Below, piece after piece: positions 1-10,372 of a stretch of 64,000 nt of DNA. A program made the translations under genes and the position numbers. The DNA comes from Clostridia bacterium (GTDB taxonomy: Bacteria > Bacillota > Clostridia > RGIG6154): the NCBI GenBank assembly GCA_045660065.1, contig JAZRDC010000100.1, forward strand, positions 294 to 64,293, read 5' to 3'. The number at the start of each line of letters is the position of its first letter. Position 1 is the stretch's first letter. Under the pieces are notes generated by a model that saw only the letters and a program-made list of their open reading frames with translations, was not told the origin of the DNA and made no database searches.

Positions 1-874
1 TTTCTTTTATATAATCTATGTATGTTTTAAGACTCTTTGAAAGCCATTTGTTTTTATGGTAAATCAATTGTTTCCATATTTCGATGTTCATATCGCAGAT
101 ATCAAGATAGCATAAATTCCCTGATTTTATCATTTCTTTGGTAACAAAATCGGGGAGAAATGAAATCATATTTTCCTGTGCAATCAGGGAAGTGATTATG
201 TCAGTTCTTCCAATTTCAAGAACAGGTGTTATTTCAATAGATTTTTTTGCAAGTTCTTTGTCAAAAACCCTTCTGTATCCTTGACCGAATTCTGTCAAAA
301 TAAAAGGTTCATTTGCGATGTCTTTTATTGATAAATTCTTCGCTTTGGCAAATTTTGAATTTGCGTTTGTAACAAAGTGTATAGAAATCGGCACTTCTTT
401 TGCTATAACATAATCTTTATGATATGAATGGCTGTCAAGAGTAATAATGACATCTGCCTCATTGTGGTCAAGCATATCAAACATAACTGTTGTGTCAGCA
501 GTTGTGAATTTTACTGAAATTGATGGGTATTTGTTGTGAAAAGCAATATAATTCTTACTGATCATATCATCGCACACAGAATCGGGGGTAACAATATGAA
601 TATGCCCGCTGCAATCATTACTCCCTTCAAGATTTTCTTTAAAATCCTCGGTAAGAGCACGAACCTGATGAGCATATGATACAAGTTCATGACCTTTTTC
701 GGTAAGAGTTATAGTATGATTTATTCTTTCAAACAAAAGACACCCAAGTTCTTCTTCTAACTGCTTTATCTGAAATGAAATTGTAGATTGAGAATAATCA
801 AGTTGTTGAGCCGCTTTTGTAAAACTGCCAAGTTCTGCAACGTGAATAAAGGTGATTAAATTGCGTAATTCCAT
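1..874 (-). CDS. LysR-family transcriptional regulator (C-terminus runs off window start)
   Basis: rc from ATG at 874 reads MELRNLITFIHVA..., classic LysR N-terminal HTH; long uninterrupted frame to window edge; RBS GGAGGA upstream on minus strand. Confidence 0.8.
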   Translation of the reverse strand, partial: MELRNLITFIHVAELGSFTKAAQQLDYSQSTISFQIKQLEEELGCLLFERINHTITLTEKGHELVSYAHQVRALTEDFKENLEGSNDCSGHIHIVTPDSVCDDMISKNYIAFHNKYPSISVKFTTADTTVMFDMLDHNEADVIITLDSHSYHKDYVIAKEVPISIHFVTNANSKFAKAKNLSIKDIANEPFILTEFGQGYRRVFDKELAKKSIEITPVLEIGRTDIITSLIAQENMISFLPDFVTKEMIKSGNLCYLDICDMNIEIWKQLIYHKNKWLSKSLKTYIDYIKE

Positions 875-992
875 AATAAATCCTCCAACATCGATAAAAT
901 CGATAATAAACATCAAAACCATTCGTTTGACTAATGCTAAAAGGTATTATATACTATGTTACATAAAAAATCAACACTTGGAGGAAATAAAA

Positions 993-2543
993 ATGACAAA
1001 CGCACAACTTTACACAATTATTGCTCTCGGCATTTATGCCGTAGTAATGGCACTTATCGGATTATTTAGTGCAGGAAAGTCAAAGACATTGGATGGATTT
1101 TTAATTGGTGGCAGAAATATTGGCCCATGGGCAACAGCATTTGCTTATGGTACTACATATTTTTCGGCAGTTGTTTTTATCGGATATGCAGGTCAGCACG
1201 GATGGAATATCGGAATTGGAAGTGTCTGGATTGGCATCGGTAATGCAATTTTAGGTTGTCTGCTTTCCTGGCTTTTATTTGCAAACAGAACAAGGAAAAT
1301 GACTAAAAAATTAAATGCAAGAACAATGCCTGATTATTTTGAAAAAAGATACAATTCAAAAGGAATGAAAATTTTAGCAGCAGTTATTATTTTTGTGTTC
1401 TTGGTTCCATACTCTGCGGCAGTTTACAAAGGATTAGGTTCACTTTTTGGTGTGGTGTTCCCGGGAGTTGAAACCTGGGTATGGATGCTTGTCCTTGCTT
1501 GTCTTACCGCAGTTTACCTTGTTGCGGGAGGATACATCGCAACCGCATACACAGACCTTGTTCAGGGAATAATTATGATTGTCGGTGTTGTTTGCCTTGT
1601 CTGTACGGTGCTCGGACACGATGCAGTAGGCGGAATTGCAGGACTTTTTGAAAATCTAAAAAACTTTCAGTCAGTACCGGGCGATCCAAATCCCACAACG
1701 GGCGCACAATTGACAAATATTTTCGGTGGTTCATCATTTAAGTTTCTTTGCTTTAACATTATGCTTACAAGTTTCGGAACATGGGGCTTACCGCAGATGA
1801 TTGGTAAATTCTACGCGATCAAAGATACTGCCGCAATCAAAAGAGGTACAATAATTTCTACAATTTTCTGTATCGTTATTGGATGCGGTGCATATCTTAT
1901 AGGTTCAACATCAAGATTGATTTTAGGCGGTGTTCTTCCGGACGGCGGAATTGATTCAGTTATTCCTGCGGTGCTTATGAAAGTTTTGGGTAATGGCACA
2001 CTTGGAATTATTCTTTTGGCACTTATTATGATTTTACTTCTTTCGGCATCAATGTCCACATTGGAGGCGGTAGTTTTAACCTCGGCATCAGCGGTTGCGG
2101 TTGATCTTATCCCTGCAATCAGAAAAAAAGAAACAAAACCTGGTGTCCAGATGCTTCTTACAAGAATTTTATGTCTTGTATTTGTAGCCTGCTCATTTAT
2201 CTTTGCAACACAGAATATTCCGATTATCGTAAATTTAATGTCCTTTTCATGGGGGATAGTTTCAGGTTGCTTTATTGGTCCATACATTTGGGGGCTTTTC
2301 TCAAAGAAAATTACAAAGATAGGAGCATATTCGGGGATACTTTCAGGACTTTTGGTTGTAGGTGTTTCAACACTTGTTATCAGCCTGAATTCAGGATTTT
2401 CTGCGGCTGCAGCAAAATCACCCGAAATGGGAGTTGCAGCAATGGCACTATCTCTCATAATAGTTCCTTTTGTAAGTTTGTTTACAAAAAATAAGGATAC
2501 TGAAAGAGTGGAAGAAATTTTTGCTTGTTACAACGAAGAATGA
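993..2543 (+). CDS. sodium:solute symporter (SSS family) transporter
   Basis: MTNAQLYTIIALG...GGRNIGPW motif, multi-TM; RBS GGAGGAAATAAAA before ATG at 993; upstream in-frame extension from 852 lacks RBS and is rejected. Confidence 0.8.
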   Translation: MTNAQLYTIIALGIYAVVMALIGLFSAGKSKTLDGFLIGGRNIGPWATAFAYGTTYFSAVVFIGYAGQHGWNIGIGSVWIGIGNAILGCLLSWLLFANRTRKMTKKLNARTMPDYFEKRYNSKGMKILAAVIIFVFLVPYSAAVYKGLGSLFGVVFPGVETWVWMLVLACLTAVYLVAGGYIATAYTDLVQGIIMIVGVVCLVCTVLGHDAVGGIAGLFENLKNFQSVPGDPNPTTGAQLTNIFGGSSFKFLCFNIMLTSFGTWGLPQMIGKFYAIKDTAAIKRGTIISTIFCIVIGCGAYLIGSTSRLILGGVLPDGGIDSVIPAVLMKVLGNGTLGIILLALIMILLLSASMSTLEAVVLTSASAVAVDLIPAIRKKETKPGVQMLLTRILCLVFVACSFIFATQNIPIIVNLMSFSWGIVSGCFIGPYIWGLFSKKITKIGAYSGILSGLLVVGVSTLVISLNSGFSAAAAKSPEMGVAAMALSLIIVPFVSLFTKNKDTERVEEIFACYNEE

Positions 2544-2595
2544 TGAATAAATAGGTGTTTAATAAAAAAGGAAAAAAGTTAATCAATTTTTACAT

Positions 2596-2632
2596 TGACT
2601 ACACTAAAATTTTATGGTATAATATTTAAAGT
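2596..2632 (+). promoter_or_regulatory. sigma-A type promoter (TTGACT -35, TGGTATAAT extended -10) driving SRP RNA/dnaX
   Basis: tttacaTTGACTacactaaaattttaTGGTATAATa. Confidence 0.6.
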
Positions 2633-2696
2633 TATTGCGTATGACCGCTAATTAAAGCGGTCATACTATATTTTGTATTTATGCCCAAAAGGCTTA

Positions 2697-2935
2697 AATA
2701 ACCAACGCTGTACTAACCGGGGAGGTAGCGGTGCCCTGTACTTGCAACCCGCTCTAGCAAGGGTGAATGCCCGACCTCGGGACTGGAATGTGTGGCTGTT
2801 GTTTTGAAATTCGTGTTGAGAGCAGAGTCTTGCGCAATCGCAATTTACGAACCTTGTCAGGCGGGGAACCGAGCAGCAATAAGTAAAATCTGCGATGTGA
2901 CGACGAGGTAGCTCTGTTTGAGCGAAGTTCTTAAT
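2697..2935 (+). ncRNA. ffs: signal recognition particle RNA (long Bacillus-type scRNA/ffs)
   Basis: CGGGGAGGTAGCGGTGCCCTGTACTTGCAACCCGCTCTAGCAAGGG nearly identical to B. subtilis scRNA 5' domain; GTCAGGCGGGGAACCGAGCAGC domain IV-like; conserved position immediately upstream of dnaX. Confidence 0.8.
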
Positions 2936-2999
2936 AAACGCACATATTTCTTTTTCAAAGTCGGGTTGTGCAGCATATTATTTTTTTAGGGTGAAATTT

Positions 3000-4619
3000 A
3001 TGGAATATCAGGCTTTATACAGACAATTCAGACCTGAAATATTTGATGATATGGTAGGGCAGGAGCATATTGTTCAGGCGCTTAAAAATCAGATAGAATC
3101 AGGTCAGGTTTCTCATGCTTATTTGTTTTGCGGTACAAGAGGTACAGGTAAAACAAGTACTGCAAGAATTTTGTCAAGAGCAGTAAACTGTGAAAATCCT
3201 GATAGTGCAAACCCTTGTAATGAATGTGAATCATGTAAAAGTATTATGGCAGGAACTGCTATGGATGTTATTGTAATTGACGCGGCGTCAAACACAAGCG
3301 TGGAAAACATCCGTGATATCCGTGATGAAGTAATGTATCCGCCAACAATGCTTAAATATAAAGTTTAAATCATAGACGAAGTACATATGTTGTCTTCGGG
3401 TGCATTTAATGCACTTTTAAAAACATTGGAAGAACCACCAGAACATGTTATTTTTATTCTGGCAACAACAGAATATCATAAAGTCCCTGCAACTATTTTA
3501 TCCCGTTGTCAGAGATTTGATTTTAAAAGAATTCAATCAACAGACATTAAATCAAGACTTAAATTTGTTTGCGATGAAAAAGGGGTTACTATTGATGATG
3601 AAGCACTGAATGTTGTTTCATACGCTGCAGATGGCTCAATGAGAGACAGTCTTGCAATTTTGGATAAATGTGTGTCTTTTTCAAAAGGCAATATAACAGG
3701 TGAAATTGTTACAAAGATTTTAGGCATTGCAGATGATAATACTTTGTTTGAAATAGCAGATGCAATTTCAAAAAACGATTTGGGCAGATGCCTTGAAACA
3801 ATAGAAGAAACAATCAGAGAGGGCAGAGATCCGATTTTGCTTACAACATACCTGATTGAGCATTACAGATGTTTGTTGATTGCATCTTTGGTTAAAAATC
3901 CTGAAGAAGTTTTGCAGATGGCAAAAGAAAGAGCCGACAGGTTTGTTGAACAGGCAAAACTTATAAAAACAGAAAACATAACAAATATTATTAAAAAATT
4001 AAGTTCATTATATAAAGTTCAGAAAGAAAGTCCTAACCCTAAAGTTATGCTTGAGGCAGGAATTGTTACACTTAATGTAAAAGATGAACCTGCCCCTAAA
4101 AAATCAAATTCAAATTATGGTTATGATGCACCTGTTTATACACCGCCTGTGTATGATTATGCACCTGCGGTTTATGAAGCACCTGTTACAGAGAGCGTAC
4201 CTGCCGAGGAAACAGTGCCGATAAATGATGCACCCGTAACGGAAACTACTTCGGTTTCAAAAGTAGATGCATCAAAACTTACCGATGTATGGATTGAACT
4301 TATTGATACTGTTGCAAGAGACAGAAAAATGCAACTTAGTTCTGCAATGAAATCGGCAATGCCGGTTGAACAAAACGGTGTGTTTGCTATTATGTTTGAA
4401 GATGATAAGAAGATTTTTAAAAATATGGTAGACAATCCTGAAAATGTTAAATATATAAAAGAATTGCTTAAAAATATTACAGGAAATGAGTACACTGTGA
4501 GATTTCAATTAAGAAGCGAGTCAAGTGTAGGAGAGAGCGTTCCTAAAAAAGTTGCAACCCACTCTTTGGAAGAACTTGCACAGAAGTTTCCTGATATTGT
4601 AACTATTGAAGAAGAATGA
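3000..4619 (+). CDS. dnaX: DNA polymerase III subunit gamma/tau, interrupted by in-frame TAA at 3366-3368 (same frame continues IIDEVHMLS...)
   Basis: MEYQALYRQFRP...CGTRGTGKTS (Walker A)...KYKV*IIDEVHML (Walker B) ...SRC motif; both pieces in frame 0; RBS AGGGTGA. Confidence 0.75.
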
Positions 4620-4633
4620 AAGGATGAATAATA

Positions 4634-4984
4634 ATGGCTAAAAACAGATTTCCAATGGGCGGCGGAATGGGTGGCGCTCAGTTTAATCAGATGATGAAAC
4701 AGGCACAGAAAATGCAGCAGGATATGCTTAAAATGCAGGAAGAACTTGACACAATGACTTGTGAAGCATCTGCAGGTGGCGGAATGGTAACCGTTACTGC
4801 AAATGCAAAAAAAGAAATTATCGGCATCAAAATTAATCCTGAAGCGGTTGATCCTGACGATGTAGAAATGTTAGAAGACCTTGTTTTAAGTGCAGTAAGA
4901 GAAGCACTTTCAAAGGCTGAAAGAATTTCATCAGAACAGATGAGCAAAATCACAGGCGGACTCAATATTCCGGGTCTTATGTAA
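4634..4984 (+). CDS. ybaB: YbaB/EbfC nucleoid-associated protein
   Basis: 116 aa, [31 protein letters not shown]..., conserved dnaX-ybaB synteny. Confidence 0.85.
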   Translation: MAKNRFPMGGGMGGAQFNQMMKQAQKMQQDMLKMQEELDTMTCEASAGGGMVTVTANAKKEIIGIKINPEAVDPDDVEMLEDLVLSAVREALSKAERISSEQMSKITGGLNIPGLM

Positions 4985-4994
4985 TTAAATCTAT

Positions 4995-5030
4995 AAAAAT
5001 CCCAAAGTTTTAAACTTTGGGATTTTTTAT
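4995..5030 (+). terminator. rho-independent terminator
   Basis: aaatcccaaagttttaaactttgggatttttt hairpin + U tract. Confidence 0.7.
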
Positions 5031-5139
5031 CTTTTAGTCAATATGTCACATTTTTTTTGACATATATATTGATTTTTTTCAAAAAATGTGGTATTATATT
5101 TTTTATTAAAAACACAATTATGAAAAGGAGTTTTGATTT

Positions 5140-5823
5140 ATGAAAAAAATTTACGAAGGTAAAACAAAAGATGTTTATGAACTTGATAATGGCAATGTAA
5201 TGCTTGAATTTAAAGACGATTGCACAGGTAAAGACGGCGTATTTGATCCGGGCGAAAACAGTGTAGGTCTTAAAATTGAAGGTATTGGCAAAGCGAATTT
5301 GAGAACATCAGTTTACTATTTTGATATGCTTAAAGAAGCAGGAATCAAAACTCACTATGTAAGTGCAGATGTAGAAAATGCTACTATGGAAGTTCTTCCT
5401 GGTAAAGTTTTTGGTCACGGTCTTGAAGTTATCTGCCGCCTTGTTGCAACAGGCAGTTTCATCAGAAGATATGGCGAATACATCGAAGACGGCACACCAT
5501 TAGAAGGTGGATATGTTGAATGTACTTTCAAAAATGATGCTAAAGGCGATCCGCTTGTTACATCAGAAGGTCTTGCCGCTCTCGGCGTTATGAGCGAAGA
5601 AATGTTCAAGAGCATGAAAGAACAGACTCTTAAAATTACAAAAATCGTAGCAGACGACCTTAAAACAATCGGTCTTGATTTGTGGGATATCAAATTTGAA
5701 TTCGGTTATAATAACGATGAAGTTATTCTTATCGATGAAATTGCTTCAGGTAATATGAGAGTTTATAAAGACGGAAAAATCGTTGACCCTGTTGAACTTA
5801 CAAAGTTGATTTTAAACAGATAA
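5140..5823 (+). CDS. purC: phosphoribosylaminoimidazole-succinocarboxamide synthase (SAICAR synthetase)
   Basis: [18 protein letters not shown]... PurC signature; RBS AAAGGAG; TTGACA/TGGTATTAT promoter at 5058-5100. Confidence 0.85.
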   Translation: MKKIYEGKTKDVYELDNGNVMLEFKDDCTGKDGVFDPGENSVGLKIEGIGKANLRTSVYYFDMLKEAGIKTHYVSADVENATMEVLPGKVFGHGLEVICRLVATGSFIRRYGEYIEDGTPLEGGYVECTFKNDAKGDPLVTSEGLAALGVMSEEMFKSMKEQTLKITKIVADDLKTIGLDLWDIKFEFGYNNDEVILIDEIASGNMRVYKDGKIVDPVELTKLILNR

Positions 5824-5889
5824 TTAAATTTACCGACGATATTCTAAAATATCGTCGGTTTTTTTAAAATAATTCAAGGAGTGAAAATT

Positions 5890-7320
5890 GTGGGAATTTT
5901 AAGTAATTTAAACCCCAAAAGAGTTTTTGAAATATTTGAAGAGATTTGCAGTGTGCCTCGTGGTTCGGGGGATATGGAAAGAATAGGCCAGTATTGCATT
6001 GCTTTTGCTAAAAAGAATAATCTTGATGCGTACAAAGACGAAACGGGAAATGTTGTTATTTTTAAAGATGCAACTAAAGGGTACGAAAACTCTGAAACCG
6101 TAATGCTTCAGGGGCATATGGATATTGTTTGTCAGAAAGAAGCAGATTCAGAGTTTGATTTTAAAAAAGACGGAGTTATTCCAAGAATTGACGGGGAGTA
6201 TGTTAAAGCCACAGGTACAACACTTGGTGCAGACAACGGTATTGCTATGGCGATTATCATGGCAATATTGGAAGATAACACCTTAAAGCACCCGGATTTA
6301 GAGGCAGTCTTTACTACTGACGAAGAAATTGGTTTAATCGGCGCATCAAAAATTGATTGCAGTAATTTAAAATCAAAAAAAATGATTAATATTGACTCAG
6401 AAGACCCGAAACAAATTACAGTTTCATGTGCAGGCGGATGTGATTTTAAAGCAAAAATCCCATTGAAAAGAACTTCCAAAACAGGGAAATGCGTTCAGAT
6501 TATTCTTAAAGGATTAAAGGGCGGTCATTCAGGTGTTGAAATTAATGCAGGCAGAATTAACGCAGATATTTTAGCAGGCAGACTTTTAAATCATTTAAAA
6601 TTTGAAAATGATTTTGAAATTATTTCAATTTCAGGCGGGGATAAAGGAAACGCAATTCCAAACAGATGCGAAATTAAACTTTTTGCAGATGAAAAATTGA
6701 TTGAAAATGCAGAGAGTTATCTTTGTGAAATCAAATCTGAAATTTCAGACAGGGAAGAAGGTTTTGACTGGGAAATCTCTGCTTCAGAGGGGACATTTGA
6801 TGTAATAAGCAGTCCATCTGCCAAAGAAATAATCTATATTTTAAACCAGGCACCAAACGGAATTGAACAAATGAGTGTATCAATCGAAAATCTCGTAGAA
6901 ACTTCTTTAAATCTTGGTGTAGTTGAAACAGGAAAAGACCTTTTGCTCCTGCATTTTATGTTAAGAAGTAACAAGCGAACAGCACTTCTGGCATTAGATG
7001 AAAAACTTAAAAACTTTTTTAGCATTTTTGATTGTGAGTTTGAATCATACGGACATTATTTCCCATGGGAGTTTAAGTCAGATTCTGCTTTGCAGGAAAT
7101 CTGTAAAAAAGCATTTAATAAAAAATTAGGATATGTACCTGAAATTGTTGCAATTCACGCAGGACTTGAGTGCGGAATGTTTGCAGACAAAATGAAAGGA
7201 TTGGATTGTGTGTCAATCGGTCCTGAATTAATTGATATCCATACAACAAACGAAAGAATGAAAATATCATCTGTAAAAGATATTTATGATTGTGTGCTTG
7301 AAATTTTAGAAAATTGTTGA
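5890..7320 (+). CDS. pepD: aminoacyl-histidine dipeptidase (M20C, PepD-like)
   Basis: HMDIVCQKE...GADNGIAMA motifs of M20 Xaa-His dipeptidase; GTG start 9 nt after AAGGAG. Confidence 0.75.
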   Translation: MGILSNLNPKRVFEIFEEICSVPRGSGDMERIGQYCIAFAKKNNLDAYKDETGNVVIFKDATKGYENSETVMLQGHMDIVCQKEADSEFDFKKDGVIPRIDGEYVKATGTTLGADNGIAMAIIMAILEDNTLKHPDLEAVFTTDEEIGLIGASKIDCSNLKSKKMINIDSEDPKQITVSCAGGCDFKAKIPLKRTSKTGKCVQIILKGLKGGHSGVEINAGRINADILAGRLLNHLKFENDFEIISISGGDKGNAIPNRCEIKLFADEKLIENAESYLCEIKSEISDREEGFDWEISASEGTFDVISSPSAKEIIYILNQAPNGIEQMSVSIENLVETSLNLGVVETGKDLLLLHFMLRSNKRTALLALDEKLKNFFSIFDCEFESYGHYFPWEFKSDSALQEICKKAFNKKLGYVPEIVAIHAGLECGMFADKMKGLDCVSIGPELIDIHTTNERMKISSVKDIYDCVLEILENC

Positions 7321-7409
7321 CAAAAAAGGTTGTATTTTGCATTCAATTATGGTATCATAAAAAAGATAGATTTTTTTAGCCGCTTAAATTGCGGCGGATA
7401 GGAGTACAA

Positions 7410-9314
7410 ATGAACAACAAAGAATTTAAACCGTATATTCCTGCCGAAAAGGTAACACCTGAAATTACTGTTACTTCAATAGTAATGGGTATTATCCTTG
7501 CAGTAGTGTTCGGCGCGGCAAATGCTTATCTTGGCTTAAGAGTTGGTATGACAGTGTCAGCATCAATTCCAGCGGCAGTTATAGCAATGGGCGTTATCCG
7601 TGTAATTATGCGTAAAAACTCAATTTTAGAGAGTAATATCGTGCAGACAATAGGTTCAGCAGGTGAATCTTTGGCAGCAGGTGCTATTTTCACACTTCCT
7701 GCACTTTTCTTGTGGGCGGCAGAAGGTAAAACAACAAATCCAAGTATCATTGAAATCACTTTGATTGCACTTCTTGGCGGTCTTTTGGGTGTTTTCTTTA
7801 TGGTACCTTTAAGAAATGCTTTGATTGTAAAAGAACACAGCGTTTTGCCTTATCCTGAAGGAACTGCTTGTGCTGAAGTTTTACTTGCAGGTGAAGAAGG
7901 CGGTGCGAAAGCATCAACTGTATTTGCAGGTATGGGTTTTGCGGCACTTTTTAAATTTATTATCGATGGTATTAAACTTGTATCAGGGGAAATTTCTGCA
8001 AGTGTAAAAGGTTTTGCAGGCGAAATCGGAACACAGATTTATCCTGCGGTTATGAGTGTAGGTTACATCTGCGGTGCAAGAATTTCATCATATATGTTTG
8101 CAGGCGGCGTCTTAAGTTGGCTTGTAATCATTCCTTTAATCGTGCTTTTTGGTGCTGATATTACACTTTATCCTGGTACAGCACCTATTTCTGAAATGTA
8201 TGCTTCAGGCGGTGCAGGTGCTATCTGGAGTTCATATATCAGATACATCGGTGCAGGTGCTCTTGCAGCAGGTGGTATTATAAGTCTTATAAAATCACTT
8301 CCTTTGATTGTTAAAACATTCAGCGGTGCTATGAAATGCATTTCTGCAGCAGGTACAGCAACATCAAATGAAAGAACTGCTCAGGATATCAATATGAAAT
8401 TTGTGTTGCTTTCAATTGCAGTATTAACTCTTTTGGTATGGCTTGTTCCTGCAATTCCTGTTACTTTGATTGGTGCAATCATTGTAGTTGTATTCGGATT
8501 TTTCTTTGCAACAGTATCATCAAGAATGGTTGGCTTGGTAGGTAGCAGTAATAACCCAGTTTCAGGTATGGCTATTGCAACACTTTTAATTGCAACACTT
8601 ATTTTGAAACTTACAGGTTATGAAGGTATTGCAGGTATGTGCAGTGCTATTGCCATTGGTTCAATTATCTGTATCGTATCTGCAATTGCAGGCGATACTT
8701 CACAGGATTTAAAAACAGGTTTTCTTTTAGGCGCAACTCCTAAAAAACAACAGATTGGTGAAATCGTTGGTGTTGTAGCGGCTGCGTTTGCAATCGGCGG
8801 TACACTTTATTTGTTAAACAGTGCATGGGGATTTGGTTCAAACGAACTTGCAGCACCTCAGGCAACACTTATGAAACTCATTATCGAAGGTGTAATGGAA
8901 GGAAATCTTCCATGGGCTTTAGTGTTCACAGGCGTATTTATTGCAATTGTTGTTGAAGTTGTAGGAATTCCTGTACTTCCATTTGCAATTGGTGTATATC
9001 TTCCTGTTCAGCTCAACGCTTGTATTATGGTTGGTGGCTTGGTGCGTCTTGCACTTGAGAAAATGAAAAAGAACGAAGAAGAAAAGAAAGCAATTATCAA
9101 CGACGGTATTCTTTTCTGCTCAGGTATGATTGCAGGTGAAGGTCTTGTTGGTATTTTACTTGCGCTTTTAGCAGTTTTCGGTGTTGGTGAAATGATTGAT
9201 TTGTCAAGCAAATTAGGACTTTCTGCACCATTTATGAATATTGGTGGACTTGTATTGTTCGCAATTATTATTGCAACATTGCTTAAGTTCTCATTATGGA
9301 AGAAAAGAAGCTGA
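7410..9314 (+). CDS. OPT-family oligopeptide transporter
   Basis: MNNKEFKPYIPAEKVTPEITV...multi-TM, OPT superfamily signature region; RBS TAGGAG. Confidence 0.75.
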   Translation: MNNKEFKPYIPAEKVTPEITVTSIVMGIILAVVFGAANAYLGLRVGMTVSASIPAAVIAMGVIRVIMRKNSILESNIVQTIGSAGESLAAGAIFTLPALFLWAAEGKTTNPSIIEITLIALLGGLLGVFFMVPLRNALIVKEHSVLPYPEGTACAEVLLAGEEGGAKASTVFAGMGFAALFKFIIDGIKLVSGEISASVKGFAGEIGTQIYPAVMSVGYICGARISSYMFAGGVLSWLVIIPLIVLFGADITLYPGTAPISEMYASGGAGAIWSSYIRYIGAGALAAGGIISLIKSLPLIVKTFSGAMKCISAAGTATSNERTAQDINMKFVLLSIAVLTLLVWLVPAIPVTLIGAIIVVVFGFFFATVSSRMVGLVGSSNNPVSGMAIATLLIATLILKLTGYEGIAGMCSAIAIGSIICIVSAIAGDTSQDLKTGFLLGATPKKQQIGEIVGVVAAAFAIGGTLYLLNSAWGFGSNELAAPQATLMKLIIEGVMEGNLPWALVFTGVFIAIVVEVVGIPVLPFAIGVYLPVQLNACIMVGGLVRLALEKMKKNEEEKKAIINDGILFCSGMIAGEGLVGILLALLAVFGVGEMIDLSSKLGLSAPFMNIGGLVLFAIIIATLLKFSLWKKRS

Positions 9315-9316
9315 TT

Positions 9317-9652
9317 ATGAAAAAACAAAATTCAGAAAATTTTCTTGAAAAAAAGCCTGTAAGGGCAGAGCTGATTTTTAGTGAAAAAGAGGGAATTGTT
9401 ACCCTTGAAATTGAAAATAAAAACTTTTTCAACAAAATTGCACAGAAGTTTTTTAAAAAACCAAAAATCAGTTATATTTACCTTGATGAAATGGGCAGTT
9501 TTATTTGGCCACTTTTAGACGGTGAAAGAGATATTATAGAAATCGGCAAATTAGTAGAAGAAAAATTTGGCGAAAAGGCAAATCCTTTATACGAAAGACT
9601 CGCAGAGTATATTAAACGCCTTGCAAGTTACGGGTTTGTAAAATTAGATTAA
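9317..9652 (+). CDS. PqqD-family small protein (RRE-like)
   Basis: ...YIYLDEMGSFIWPLLDGERDIIEIGKLVEEKFGE...ERLAEYIKRLASYGFV matches PqqD fold pattern. Confidence 0.5.
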   Translation: MKKQNSENFLEKKPVRAELIFSEKEGIVTLEIENKNFFNKIAQKFFKKPKISYIYLDEMGSFIWPLLDGERDIIEIGKLVEEKFGEKANPLYERLAEYIKRLASYGFVKLD

Positions 9653-9690
9653 ACTAAAAGGTCTGCAATAAGCAGACCTTTTTTTGTGTT

Positions 9691-10245
9691 TTATTCATCT
9701 GAACAAATTATTTCACTGAGCATTTTAAAAATATTTGCAGAGTTTGCAACCTGCATTATAATGTCGTTAATTCTTTCAGGAGCACCATTTTCTTTGATTA
9801 AAATATTGTTTGCAACGGTAGAAATGTTTTCTGAAATATATTCGTATGATTTCCTCTGATTTTTTACAAATGAAATATAAATGTTCTTTACTTCATCTTC
9901 GCTTAAATCCAAAGGAATAATATTTTGGATTGTAGACATAGTTAAAGTCTGTTTTAAAATACATACTATAATCAGATAAGCAAGGTGGACTCTCGAATAT
10001 TTCTTTCTGTCTGGAGGGGGCATAATTTTAAGTTTAACATAGTTGTTTATCATTGATTGTGTTATACCTTTTTCGTCCTTTACCGCCTCAGAATATATAC
10101 TTAAATAACTGTTTAACAGTTTTATAACCTGATCCATATATAATTCAAAAACAGGAAGTTCGTCCCAATCGGGGAGTTTAAAATCTGCAATTTTTTTGTT
10201 CCAATAGTTAAATATGTCTGAAAAATTCTCTTTATTATATTTCAT
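9691..10245 (-). CDS. hypothetical protein (DUF1836-like)
   Basis: ATG at c10245 (MKYNKENF) preceded by AGAGGTG RBS. Confidence 0.5.
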   Translation of the reverse strand: MKYNKENFSDIFNYWNKKIADFKLPDWDELPVFELYMDQVIKLLNSYLSIYSEAVKDEKGITQSMINNYVKLKIMPPPDRKKYSRVHLAYLIIVCILKQTLTMSTIQNIIPLDLSEDEVKNIYISFVKNQRKSYEYISENISTVANNILIKENGAPERINDIIMQVANSANIFKMLSEIICSDE

Positions 10246-10372
10246 TTTATACACCTCTTTGTTATGATAACATACATTTTTGATAAAATCAAGCACTTGA
10301 CAAAATTAGTCGAATATGTTAACATAGTATTAAATACTATGTAATATAGTAAATTATAACGAGGTGTAAAAA

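Noticed and set aside
852-992. Upstream in-frame extension of the symporter ORF (MIKLRNSIINPP...)
   Set aside because: It overlaps the divergent LysR start and promoter region, has no RBS and is low-complexity; the ATG at 993 has a strong GGAGGA RBS.
1811-2494. ORFs 1811-2458(-) and 2171-2494(+) inside the symporter gene
   Set aside because: Fully embedded in a well-supported membrane-transporter CDS, with no RBS and compositionally odd products.
3366-3368. Programmed -1 ribosomal frameshift in dnaX, the E. coli tau/gamma mechanism
   Set aside because: The downstream piece is in the same frame, so this is an in-frame stop, not a frameshift. There is no A AAA AAG slippery site and the truncated product would be non-functional.
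5036-5080. Inverted repeat GTCAATATGTCAC...TTGACATATATATTGAC upstream of purC, considered as a PurR box or purine riboswitch
   Set aside because: It lacks the purine-riboswitch conserved junction nucleotides and the PurBox consensus; more likely overlapping promoter elements.
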